A stretch of 64,000 bases of DNA from Chiloscyllium plagiosum (lineage: Eukaryota): the NCBI RefSeq assembly GCF_004010195.1, contig NC_057712.1:85392886-85456885 (forward strand). The letters are read 5' to 3'. The translations under genes were made by a program, and so were the position numbers. Each line of letters starts with the position of its first letter. Position 1 is the stretch's first letter. Shown piece after piece: positions 36,937 through 48,900 of this stretch. The notes under the pieces were generated by a model. It saw only the letters and a list, made by a program, of their open reading frames with translations, did no database searches and was not told the DNA's origin.

Positions 36937-39386
36937 ACAAGGTTGCAGTCATCAGCTCTGACACATAAGGGTTGCAGTGATTGTTATGTTACTTCCTCAC
37001 TGTGATCTCCAGCAAGTTTCACCACAGAAGTGGCACATGCAGAGATTGTGAAAGTGACCACAAGCCTTCATATTTTATGCTGCTTGATTCCACCATGCCA
37101 ATAATGGAGATACTTGTTTGACCACAGTTTTTCACCAATACACCAAAGAAGTGGTCGAAGTCTTATTTGCCAAAATTAACATTTCTAAGGGAAAGGATAC
37201 AACAGTAGGAGTGACTGTAATATTGTTAGCAGATGCCAGTTTTCCTACCTCTAGGCCAGAGATCGTGGTATCCCATCTGCTCCAGACATGTTTCATTACA
37301 TGCCTGAACATGTTGGTTAAAAATATTTCCAAACAAGTGGGATTAAACTGCTCACTAGAAATTCACATCTGAGTTTTTCTTTAAAGATATTGAAACCTAC
37401 TTTTCACAGCTGGTCTATCTTCAAAAATATCGTTGTCACAGTTGGAGCATTATGTCTGGAAATCGCTGCCCTTTTTGGATTTTGCTGGTGTTTGGAAATG
37501 TCAGTGCCATTGTTGGAAGTCATTTGGCTCTCCCAGTTATGTGCACAGATTTGCCTTTCACTTTCGTGTCTGAATGAGGGGACCCAAGGCATAAAGACAA
37601 ACAGAGCACAAGCAGCAAGTGAAAAGCTGTTTTTATTTATTTGAAAGACAAACATGTCCTCTTCGTTGGTGTAGCCCTGCAATGTGTCTCATCATTTGCT
37701 TCTGCCATGAACTGTGAATGGTGGAAATGTGATGATGGATTACAGCTGGCCTTTCTCTCTGGTGTTATTTCTTCTCCTGTGTAGTGAGAGTGTGTTTGCT
37801 ATGGATTTAAGGTTTGTGCGCAATTTTAGCTCAATTGCTACAAATCCATAGATAGCTGCTGTTAGCACTCCACAATGCAGAGGTTTGAACAGATTATAAA
37901 GTTGTGGGGTTTTTCATTGAAGACCATAGTATCAACCTCTGTACTGGTTGCTAGTTTTTAGTTTGTTAAAGTACAATCATAGGAGCTGCAGGCTTTCAGA
38001 TTCATTCATGTGAGTCGCATCAAAGGATTTTTCCCCATATAATCTTTTGTCTACTAATCATTTTATCCAAACGGTGTTTATTCAGTTAGAATGATGGGCC
38101 TTGCCTCACAGTTTATTTTACACCTGAAGTACAAGCTCAATCTTTCTCTCACAAACCAACACAATATATGATCATATTTTAACTCTCAAGGAAGTGGGTT
38201 ATCAACTTAAGGTAACATAATTGTTGGAGGAAGATATATAGGCATGTGTATAGAGTTCTATAAAGTTTTGTGATTGCATGGCTCATTCTGCACTGCGTGT
38301 AAGGAAAATGTGTTTGACTGCAAATATTTCTGTCAGGATTAAAGGTTTTGGTATTAGACTTTGTCCGAGAAGTCATGTTCTTGCTGGTCAATGCTGGCAC
38401 CAACACTGCAGACCTGAATGTCTGACCCTTGCCGAGCCGGACTGTACCTAAAATCCCTTTCGAAGCAAAGTCAGAAAGCTGACATAGTAAAATTAGTTTG
38501 TTATGATTATGCACAGCATCAAATGATTTTAGTCATGCATCCTGCCTTCTTGTCAGAAAGGTGACTTTTCAATGAAACTAAGAGCAGTAGTAATAACCAT
38601 TGATTTAGGGTCAGCCATCATTCTGTTCACATGTTTTAGAAGAACTATTTTAATCATTGTATTATTAGAAACTGTTTCAGCAAATAATTGAAGTGAATAA
38701 AAAGTGTTCTACTGGATATTTATCATTCTGAAATTACATATTTCCCTTCAGTGAAACTGATTATGGAACCATCCAGAAACTTTAATTTACCAGGGAGGGT
38801 TTTCAGTAACGGCAGGAGAGAAAGGAAGAGAATGCATGGATATCCACTTTTAATATCTGGGAAGTTGAGGCTATGAGGAAACCATTAAGCAGTTCTCTGT
38901 GGTAAACAAAATCATTGCCAGTTCCTCTTCCTGCCCCCAACTCCTTCTATGTATTTGATTATCCCAGCACCAGCCTTTGAATGCAGCTTTGATGACAAAT
39001 GAAAATAGCTTAGTAGGAGGCCTCTGCCTCTCAGTTGCCTGGCTGGTACAGAACTAATTGTGTGGGCTCCCTGAGTTCACTAGGAAGGGTAAAGATTGGG
39101 CAAGAGGCATGTGTTGTTCTCTTAGAAAAAAAACAATATAGAGAGAAAGGGAAGAAAAACAGAGGCAAAATGATTTTGAGAAGACAACTGAGATCACTAA
39201 TACCTTTATAGCAAAAGGAGAAATATAACATTTTTCTACAACAAGAGACACAACCAAAATGATCTGATGGATTATTGGAGTTACCTGTTTTGCCATCTCA
39301 GTTCCTGATTTTGCTTATTTGAGGTTTTCATTAAATCTCTTGGGAAGCAAGATCACACATTTAGTCTGGAACATTTGTTTAACATT

Positions 39387-39505
39387 TGTTCTGAAGAAGG
39401 ATCTCTGGAACTGAAACATAAACACTATTTCTCTCTCCACAGATGCTGCCAGACCTCTGCATCGCTTTTGTTTCAGATTTCCAACATTCACAGTTTTTTT
39501 TGTGT
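39387..39505 (+). mobile_element. Short Penelope-derived element with a hammerhead core
   Basis: TGTT CTGAAGA...GAAA CATA AACA (stem I intact, stem II weak), then ctctccacagatgctgccagacc. Confidence 0.7.
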
Positions 39506-39804
39506 TTAACATGATCCTTTCTTTACAGTTTAGGTGGAAACCAAGTAAGAAAGTTCTTTATTTTTTAAGTTGCTTCACCCATTTGTCCCGGTCATTGTTC
39601 AGAGAATTTCCAGCACTGTGCTGATATTCTATTTAAAAGTATATCCTTTAGTCTGCTGCTAATAATTACTCTGGACCAAAGTTTCATTATAAACATTACC
39701 ATTCCCTTTGCTTTTTATTCTGTGACATGACAGCATATTACCTCCCCAACTTTCTCCTTTGTTCAACTTGTTCTCCTTCATTTTTGACTGCATTAAACCA
39801 CTTT

Positions 39805-39900
39805 TCAGTTCAGAAGAGTCATATTAGACTCAATGTATTTCTTTCTCTCTCCACAGATGCAGCCAGACCAGCTGAGTTTTTCCAGCATTTTCGGTTTTTA
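39805..39900 (+). mobile_element. Short Penelope-derived element, decayed
   Basis: ctctccacagatgcagccagaccagctgagtttttccagcatttt. Confidence 0.65.
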
Positions 39901-40314
39901 TTTAAAGGGGTATGTTTGTCCATGTTAATGTTTTCTGTTTTGTTCATCATAAAATCAACCAGTAAAAGAAGGAGACAATTCGGTCTATTATGCCTGTGAA
40001 AGTTCTTGAAAAGAGAGAACCAATTAGCCCCACTTCATTATTTTCCCTTTACCAAAGAAAATGGTAGAAAAGGCCAGAAATCACAAGCAATCTACTCTGG
40101 ATTTCTCACCTCGAAGCAATTCTCACCTCTAGCCCTTGGCCCAGGCACAACAACCCCATCCCATTCCTCCCATTCCTGGAACAGTGAGCCAACTAGAGCC
40201 CTGTTAATGGACCTTAAAATACACCCCTTACTGGGCCCTTGTCAGGTAGAAATATTGATTAATAAGGTAAAGGCATAATCAGAGGAGCTTTGGTGGAGGA
40301 TTAGTGAGAGTGCG

Positions 40315-40450
40315 AGCTTGTGGAATGCTCTGCCACAGAAAACAGTTGAGGGCCAAACATTGATTGTTTTGAAGAAGGAGTTGGATATATTTCTAAAGGC
40401 TGAATGGATCAAATATTATGAGGAGAAAGCAGGAATAGGGAACGGAGTTG
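40315..40450 (+). mobile_element. CR1 3' end, which continues at 41191-41260 after an inserted LINE
   Basis: LWNALPQKTVE...KKELDIFL; tail gaatggcctact at ~41237. Confidence 0.75.
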
Positions 40451-40451
40451 T

Positions 40452-41190
40452 ATTTTTTATTCGCTCATGGAAGATGGGTACCAGTGACTGGGTCAACATT
40501 TTAATGCCCATCACTTGAGGAGCTGGTGGTGAGCTGCGTCCTTAAACCGCTGTCGGCCATGTATTGTAGGTTGACCCACAATGCCCTTAGTGAAGGAATT
40601 CCAGAATTTTGATCCAGTGTCACTGAAGGAACGGCAATGTTTCCAAGTCAGGATTTTGAGTGGCCTGGAGGAGAACATGAAGGTGATGGTATTCCCATAT
40701 ATCTTCTTCCTTTATCCTTCCAGATGGTAGTGGTCACAGGTTGGGAAAATGCTGTCTAAGCATCTTTGATAAATTTCTCCAGTGCACCTTGCAGATAATA
40801 CGTACTGGATGTAGTGCTAACCTTGATGATGACAATGTGGTTGCAGCTGCACCCATCCAGGCTAGTGGGGAGTATTCCATCATGGTCCTGAATTGTGCCT
40901 TGTAGATTATTGACAGGCTTTGTGGAGTGCAGAGGCACATTGCTGCATCATTCCTAGACTCTCACCTGCTGTTGTAGCCACTCTATTTATCTGGTGAGTT
41001 TGCTTGAGTTTTTGGTCAATAATAACACACCCACCACCACTACCACCACGCCGGATGTTGATAATAGTAATGGTAATGCCACTGAAAGCCACTGAACATC
41101 AATAGCAGTGATTAGATTGTGTCTTATTGGAAATGGTCATTACCTGGCATTTGTGTGGAATAAATGTTATTTGACACATTTCAGTCCAAG
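40452..41190 (-). mobile_element. CR1/L2-group LINE 3' fragment
   Basis: Minus strand IYKAQFRTMMEYSPLAWMGAAATTL; same family as 53010-54790; tail similar to the SINE at 63315. Confidence 0.75.
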
Positions 41191-41267
41191 GTGATCACTT
41201 ATGATTATATTGAAGGTGGAGCGGGCGTGACGAGCTGAATGGCCTACTTTTCCTTCGAAATCCTGGT

Positions 41268-41825
41268 TTTAGAAACATAGAAAATAGAAGCAGGAGTGGG
41301 CCATTAAGCCTATCAAATCTGTTCCACCATTCATGGATCTAATGATCTACAACTCCACTTTCCCGTTTTTTTTCTCCATAACCCTCTTTAACCTTCGTGA
41401 TTAAAAATCTGCTTATTTCAGCCTTGAATATGTTTAATGACCCAATCTCAACAGCGCTCTGTGATGGAGAATTCCATAGATTCACTACCCTTTGAGAAAA
41501 AAATGCTCCTCATCTCTGTCATAAATGGGTGATTCTAACATTATGCCCTCAGTCCTGGACAGTTCACCATGAGGAACAATCTTTCAGCATCTACCCTGTC
41601 AAGCACTGTAAATATCTTAGAGGTTTCAACAAAATATCCTCTCTTTCTTCTAAACTCCAATAAATACAGTCCCAGCCTATTTAACAGTTCCTTATAAGAC
41701 AATCTCTCTAAACCTGGGATCAGCCAATAAACCTTCTCTGGTCTGCCTCCAATGCCAATATATCTTTCTCCAGATCAGGGTCTCAAAACTATTCCAGGTG
41801 GATCTAACTAGTGCCTGTATAGTTT
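41268..41825 (-). mobile_element. CR1-type LINE 3' fragment
   Basis: tagaaacatagaaaatagaagcaggagtgggccatt tail and 3' ORF2 similarity. Confidence 0.85.
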
Positions 41826-44800
41826 AAATTCTGTCATCCAGAGCCATGACATTCTGATGATTCTCTTCAGTAGCTTAAAAATCAATGGCTCAAGGCAGGA
41901 TTTGTTTTGCTGATGTGAGTAGTGGTATTAAACTGAAACATCCAAATGCACATGCCATTACACCTAGAAGAAATGGATGCAATTGCCTGCACTTTGTGTG
42001 GGATTTAAATGTAAACATTCATCAAAAACATGCACACAATATCTACATTTGACTTTTTCCCTTTGTTGTGCTGTCACAGACATGTTTCTTGGGAATGATC
42101 TTTCAGCCTGTCAAATTTTCCATCAAATTGTGATGCCCTTACTCTTTTGCCAAAACACCTTCACAATTTAGCACAAGCCTCTGTTTCCCCCAGAGCAATC
42201 AGTGATGTCATTGCATTTCACACTTTTACGTAGAAAACCCATTATCATGTGTCACGTCAGTTTACTTTTTGTCAACTGGTGGTTCTGAATATCCTTTATC
42301 ATATGCAACTGCCTACTCCTTGAACTGTCACTGTCTCATTGAATGTTGATCTTGAATTTCTTAGTTTGCTGCATAAACAGTCCTGTTATAAATCACTTGT
42401 AGAACATTCACGAATGTTCTTGTATTAAGTATAGCACTGCACTCATTTGAGAGAATATTAACAGACTTGATTAAACAGAGTTAAATACAAGAGGTGGTCA
42501 GAAATGGAATTTTATAAATTCAGGCTCCAGTTCCATGTGATTTGTCATCATTGGTGACATCACTCCTTTTGCATATAGTCTGCAGCTACTGGTAGAGTAA
42601 AGGTTTATTGATCGCTTACTCCACAACACCTCTTCCAAGTCTTTATGCTCACTGATTATGGGCAAAACTTACACATTTTCACAGTTCCCTGTCCTATACC
42701 TTCCTACCCGACCCCACTCCACCTCACCCCAATATCTGTGTACTTTGCAGAGAAAGCCTGTGAGATAGTTTCACCAATCTGCCTCAAAGTGTGTCTCCAT
42801 TGAAGGCTGGGGAGAGTTGGTGCATTTCAATTTGCTTCACTGAGAGTTCTTGGCACTTTTTATTTTGTTTGTCAGTGGCTGTGTTGTCTCATTTTCCTTC
42901 GGAAAAGTCAAAGTAGGCGCTTGGAGACAGAGACAGGCTCATGGGTTAGACTGGGCTGCATCTCAGGGCATCTTTTACCCTCTTACTGTATGCTCATTTA
43001 GAACCTGCTTACATGGTTGCACCATCCTTACCTTGCCTTACCATCAAATTAGTGCAGTCACATAACCCGGCAGCTTGTCTTACTGGTCAGCAGTCCTCCG
43101 TCAAGGGGATGGACATCTTGTAGCCGTGAGGTACATCAATCTCACACTGGTATCATGTGCTTATGTGACAAATGCATTGAATGTGAAGCAAAGAAGCAGT
43201 CTTGCCTCAAAGTCACTGAAGGTCATGGAGACATCTGTCAGTCAGGGGCTTCTGTCACAGTAAGTCAACACTGTCTTATGCCAGTCCAGGGGACTGGCCA
43301 GGGTCAGGTATCCAGTTAAGGTAATTGTGGTGAGGGAGTTCATACATCTCCAGTCCAGAAAATAGGCCATGGTTCAGTCCTTGGCTTCATAGTGGCTAGT
43401 CCAGGAACCTTGGGCTAACCCAGCTGGGGAGATGTACAGATGTCAGCTGGCAGTCTGGACACTTCTCGTCCAGGGCTACCTAGTTTGATCTCTCAATGCA
43501 GTGACCACACTTCACATGGTCACCTCAAATGCCAGGGTAGACGGCATATGTTGGGCAGGTGCGGGCTGTTGTTGAAGGGTTGGATGGAGATCTGGGGAGT
43601 CCAAGAGGCTTACAGGAAGGGCTAACAGGAAGGGAATTTGAATATTTGGGGACTCACTTGTATGCTTAGGCAGAGAATGGAAACCAGTTGCCAAAGAGCA
43701 CTTTCCGTCATTATGCGCAGAACCACTGACTGTACTGGACTCAGTACTGCAGGGCTTCTAATCCTTGGCCACCTGTATGCACTGTCCCTTCCTGTGTGTT
43801 TTGCATATATCACGACTGAATGATATGCATTTGTACATGATAAAATAAAAATGTTGCAGATGGTGGGTCTAAGATATCAACAGGATCCATTGCCCTGTAG
43901 ATGCCCTATTGCTCTTGCTTCCAGTTGATATGGCAGGTTCTCACCACAGATATACATCCACAGTACATTGTGTGTGACAATGGAAGTATGCTTCGTCCTG
44001 GCATGGTTACAGTCAAGGCTACACAGGAAGATAAGCATTCAAATGTAAGACCAAAGCAGTGATATTCATAAAAGAAATGCAAAATAATGTACAGTCCAGT
44101 ATCACGCATGCCATAGAAATGACTTTGGTATGTTTTCTACTTCCTCACCCTCTGACTACGTCACAGTATTCTTGCAGGTTCCATCGCTGGTTGCTTGGCA
44201 GTGGAGTTCATTGGCTTTGAATGGGGGGGGCTTGTGTCTGGATGGTCCAGACATTTCCAGCATCTGCAGTGCTTTGCGTTCAGTATTGCATTGTGATCTT
44301 CTTGCCAGAGGTAGGCTGACCTTCTCGGGGGTAAACCTCTAAGGTTGGAGAGGCATAAAGGTTTGGAGTTGGAGGGTCTGTCCACCTTGGCAGAGTCCTG
44401 AGCTGAATCTCCATGTAGGCCAGGTTCCCTGCCCTCCTTTGGTCCTGAGGACTGGTGGCTGGGACTCTGAAGTGCAGGTGTTTGTGTATATCTCTCCAGC
44501 TGACCCTGAGGGTGGTAGATCTGGATCTCCATAGCAACTACCAACCTGCCCATTGAGGCAGGCCAAATGGTCCCATAACTCACCACACCGCTGCAACTTT
44601 TGGGCAATTTGAACCATTTGTATTCCACATGCTTGTCTGCTGTTCCTGTTTCTCCCTAAGCATTTGGGTTAAATCTCTGATTGCCAACTCCTGTCTGGGG
44701 TTGAGCAGTTGCCTGGTCTCCAGCAGTTCTCCGTGTATTTCTTCCTCGGCAAGTTGCAGACCTGTCATAGTGAGATACTTACCAGATTGTGCTCCCAAAC

Positions 44801-45010
44801 TTTGGGGTGTAGGAGGCAACCTTCCTGATCATCCCTCGCCCTCAGAAGTTGAGAAAGAGGCTTCTGAGGGAGCTGCCTGTTTCATGACTGAGGTGATAGA
44901 CACACTGGTGCTACCTGCAAGGTCCAAGAGTGAGGAAGCATCATGCACAGTGTTTAGGAGTGATGCGCAATGAATCAATGTGAGAGTTGTAATGGAATCC
45001 TGGCTGTTCC

Positions 45011-45178
45011 TCAGGGTAGTGTGGAGATGGCACTGAACTGGATGGTGACCTTGGACCAGACTGCCAAGGTTTGATGGAGTGGCCTCCTCTGGTGGTCCAC
45101 AGGGATGTGGACTCTTCTCCTTTGCACCATCCCTGCAACCAGGACCTCAAAGCCCCTGTTGGGGATTGATAGTGCCAT
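45011..45178 (-). pseudogene. Harbinger Myb/SANT-like (NAIF1/MSANTD-type) DNA-binding ORF remnant
   Basis: FEVLVAGMVQRRRVHIPVDHQRRPLHQTLAVWSKVTIQFSAIS fits the LExLVxxVxxRxxxLF...AWxxVxxxVSA pattern. Confidence 0.65.
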
Positions 45179-45499
45179 CTTCCCTTCCTCCAACGTCTTC
45201 AGGAAGCATGCTTGACCAAGAAGGTCCGCTTCAGAATGCCAGAGCCTGTCTTTGTCCACAATGACCTTTTAAAGATGGCAGGAACCCTTGGGATGCTGGG
45301 TGTTTTGGTGGATATCTGCCGAGTGGTGATTTGTTCTGTGAATAGGAAGATGGAGCTAGAATCAGAAGTTAAGGATGAAGTACAGTCAGGATAGATAGTT
45401 AATGAGCTGAATTTGGTAAGATGCAGCAAGGAAACATGCTGGCCCCCCAAAAAACTTGATGCATCCTCAGACGTAACCAAAAATCAGCAAAGAGATTAT

Positions 45500-47850
45500 T
45501 GTGGCATCTGAGGTGAATCCATTAAGCTCCAGATCTCAGTCCATTAGGCACAGATGAGAAAATTCATCTCCTACGACTGAAATCCATTAATGCTCACTGG
45601 AGAAGAAGAGGGCAGATGATGATCTTTCTACTCCTGTCTCACACAAGTAGTGCAGTTTGAGACCCTTTGCTCGAGATCATGTTGTACCCTGGAAAAATCC
45701 AGATATCACTGGTAGATCTTCAGAAGGTCTACCAGACGAAAAGTTAGTGGGACTACAGAATATTCATTGTTGACTATTAGATCATTGACAATACTGATGT
45801 GGCATGGCTTTTAAAAATATTCTGCAGGAAAGAGGTCATATTCAGCCAACTCTCAAGGCAGGTCATGTGGCTCTGCACACGTTGTTCATTGTGTAACCGA
45901 TCCTCACAAAATCCCTGCAATATCTCCACTGTGGCAGCAAATACCAAGTGGTAAATGCTGCAAAGGTCTCAATGTTGTGCATGATAGTCTTGTCCTCCTC
46001 CCTGAGCTGTTGATGGTATTCTTGATAGAACATCAGCAGTAGTCTGGTGCATCGTCCCTTTTACGTATTGTACAAGCATGTCATAGTAGCTCAAGTTGCA
46101 GTCAAAATCCCTGGTTTCTGGGAAGCATTTTTCTGAGCTCATTTGTGTTTTGGAAGGTTATCAATGTCCTGTTTTAGTTTTTACCATTGTTTAGAATGAG
46201 ATGTAGTGACAGAATTTCTCAAGCATGTAAGAAAGTGCCTCTTTCGGAATGCTGACATGTCTTTGTTCTGTGTAAGTAAGCCAAGCTTGCTGGCTGTCTG
46301 ATGCCATCATATTGGATCTCCCTAATGCTTCAATTGCTGCTATTTATAATTGTGAGGTTAAGACCAGTGCAAAGAGCTCGGATGAAATTAACTTGGCATT
46401 GATTCAATCAAAAGGGTGCTGTTGATATTCAAAGCTAAATCTAATCTTGCTTCAAATATTGCCTGACAGGCTCATTAACTTGGGATAAACGGAATAAGAA
46501 TTTATGGACTTGATTGACAAGTGCTGCAAAACATTGGAGTTACATAGTACCTCAGGTTGGGGAAAATGTCTTGATGGCTTCTGTCATCTGTGGGTCAGCA
46601 ATGACTGTTCATTGTCTGGGCAACATGGCCCAAAATTAAATCATTGGCTTGGAGAAATTGCACTTGTTATTCAATAGCAATCCAGGGCTCAGTAACTTTC
46701 TGAAGACTGTCCTTACCCAGTTGTCACACCATGCTTTAAAAGAGCCATGGATAAGAATATTATTGATGTAACATTTGATGCCTCCTGGACCTTCCAAGAT
46801 ATTGGACATCATCCATTGGAAAATCTCAGGTCCAGATGTGATGGCAGATGGGAAGGCATTTAATGCAATACTGCAAGGAGGGTATTATGAATGTTGTCAG
46901 TATTTTGGAATGCATGTTTAAGTGACATTGTCAGAGAGGCCAGTGTTCATGTTCAGCTTTGTAAAGATGGTGCTGTTTGAGAGCTTGGCTAGGTTGTAAT
47001 CTGCAAACAGCATTGGATATCTCTCTCATTATGCTGCCTCACTCAAATGTGTGATGTTGACAGATTCCAATCGGCCTGTTATGTTTAGGAATAAGCAGCA
47101 CAGTGGAGCATCACGTCATTGGCTGTGAGAACGAACACATGATTTGAGCATTCCCTCATTCTTCTCCTTTACTTTGTTTCTAAGTGAGTGTGGGAATTCC
47201 AGATGAACAAGCTGAGAAGTTGGGCATTCCTCAGTACACTGTGTTCACTTGCCCCAGGCCTTTAAATATATTTTGAATTGTTTTGTATACTCATTTCTGG
47301 TTTCTGACTGATAACTGGATCTACTTTAAGACTGCAGTCGAGGCTTACGCAGTTTCTCCTGCTGAGCAGTGTTTACAGCTAGCAAGTAACATATAGTCTT
47401 TCAAAGATTTTCTTGACTTTGTATTTTAACATTGCCTGAAGCAGGACTTTCACCTTGAGGCAGGTTCCCCCTGGGCCAGGTGATTGGAGACATGAAGGTT
47501 GTAGGGTAAGTTCCATCAGCCCTGTAAATCAGTCAGAATAGTGAGCTTATGTTCAATTTAAAGTGACTAATTGCATCAATGACTACTCTGCAATACTGAC
47601 TCTCCTGGTCTGTGATTTTCCCAAAATTTAAATGCTTGTTGAGAGAGTTAGCCTGTCAAAGTGATGTTAATAGTTCTATGTGACCTACTACTCTGACCCC
47701 AGTGCTCACTGTCGACATGTATCTGATCATTATCTGGTTGGAGAACATCAGATCCAGGCAAGCAATCACACAATTCCCAAGATTAACTTTTATTTACAGT
47801 CAGCAAGAGCAGACATAAACAAACAAATAATGGCTACAGTTTCCCCTCAA
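45500..47850 (-). mobile_element. Decayed Gypsy gag-pol internal fragment (zinc knuckle, PR, RT, RNase H, integrase N-terminus); no LTR seen
   Basis: Minus strand IFTKLNMNTG, AITSGPEIFQWMMSNILEG...CYINNILIHG (YxDD), LTYTEQRHVSIPKEAL, YDMLVQYVKGTMHQTTADVLSR, EQRVSNCTTC. Domain order RT-RH-IN is Gypsy type. Confidence 0.85.
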
Positions 47851-47884
47851 AATGCAAACAACGTGTTGATGCATGACTATTTTA

Positions 47885-48210
47885 CAATAAAACAATGCAC
47901 CACAAATGCTGGAAATTTAAAACTAAAACAGAAACTGCTGAAGAAACTCAGCAAGTCTGGCAGTACCATGGAGAGAGCAGAATTAACGATTTGTGTCCAG
48001 TGAGCCTTATTCACGTCTGATTGTAACTGGGAAAAGGTGGAGTATATGCTGTAGATGGTGGGGTTGGTATAGGGCATGGGAGGAGTCTTGGGTGGAGGGA
48101 GGGGGGTGGGGTAAGTTGTAAGTGATAGATGGAGATGGAGTCCAAAGAGAAAGACAGGCAATCAACAAGATGGGTAATGGTAAGTCAGGAAAAATGAAAT
48201 GCTGATAATG
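47885..48210 (-). mobile_element. Penelope-derived 3' fragment
   Basis: aaatgctggaaatttaaaac...aaactcagcaagtctggcag followed by a purine-rich stretch. Confidence 0.65.
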
Positions 48211-48249
48211 GGTTGACAATTTCACAATCCCCACAATTTCCGGCTCTTA

Positions 48250-48900
48250 CCTTGTGGAGCTGGGCATCAATCAAGTCCTGTCAAGCTTGTAGCATCTGAT
48301 TCTCAGCTGAATTCTGTCATGGACAGGAAGAGAGTCCTCATCCCTAATATCCTCATCCTCCTCCCTGGGAGAACGCTCTCATTCCTTCAGTTCTTCAGCA
48401 TCGAACACATCACCTTCTTGCCGGCTCTAATCATGCAGAATATGGCGCACCAGGATGATGCAGCAACTCTGTTAGACCATACTACTAATATGCTGCAACC
48501 ATTAGAACCATATCTTCAGCAGTTTTTGCTCCCCACATTAATTAGGGGCTTGTGAAATGGTACCAAGAGCCACAGTTGCAGTAAGTATCCCTTGAACCCA
48601 AGTAACCAGCTTTGTAAGGAATCTGGACCCCTCAAACATAGCACGTACAAGAGACTGCCCCAGGATGTAGGACCTTTCAGGGTAGTGAATATACAGTTCC
48701 AGGAGGTAGTCACAGTGATCAAAGATTACAGCATATTACAAGTACCAATGGTTGGTTACATGATTTTTGCTGGCAGAGACCCATGTTGGCAACACCAGGA
48801 GCAAAACTGGTTCTTAACTCTGAGAACAGTCAATGGTGGCATGTCCTGCAGGTGAGGTCTATACACACTGCTCTAATTAGTGGGACATACTACATCCTGA
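48250..48900 (-). pseudogene. HARBI1-like transposase remnant
   Basis: Minus strand LQSWLLGFKGYLLQLWLLVP (GWLLGDKGYPLxxWLMTP motif), CIILVRHILHD (CCxLHN) and an acidic C-terminal stretch. Confidence 0.65.

Noticed and set aside
38179-38514. 111-aa minus-strand ORF and alternative exon readings in unique DNA
   Set aside because: No recognisable domain; several frames on both strands are equally plausible.
45011-48900. Domesticated HARBI1/NAIF1-like host genes
   Set aside because: The motifs are mutated (GDKGY to GFKGY), with stops, frameshifts and nested insertions.
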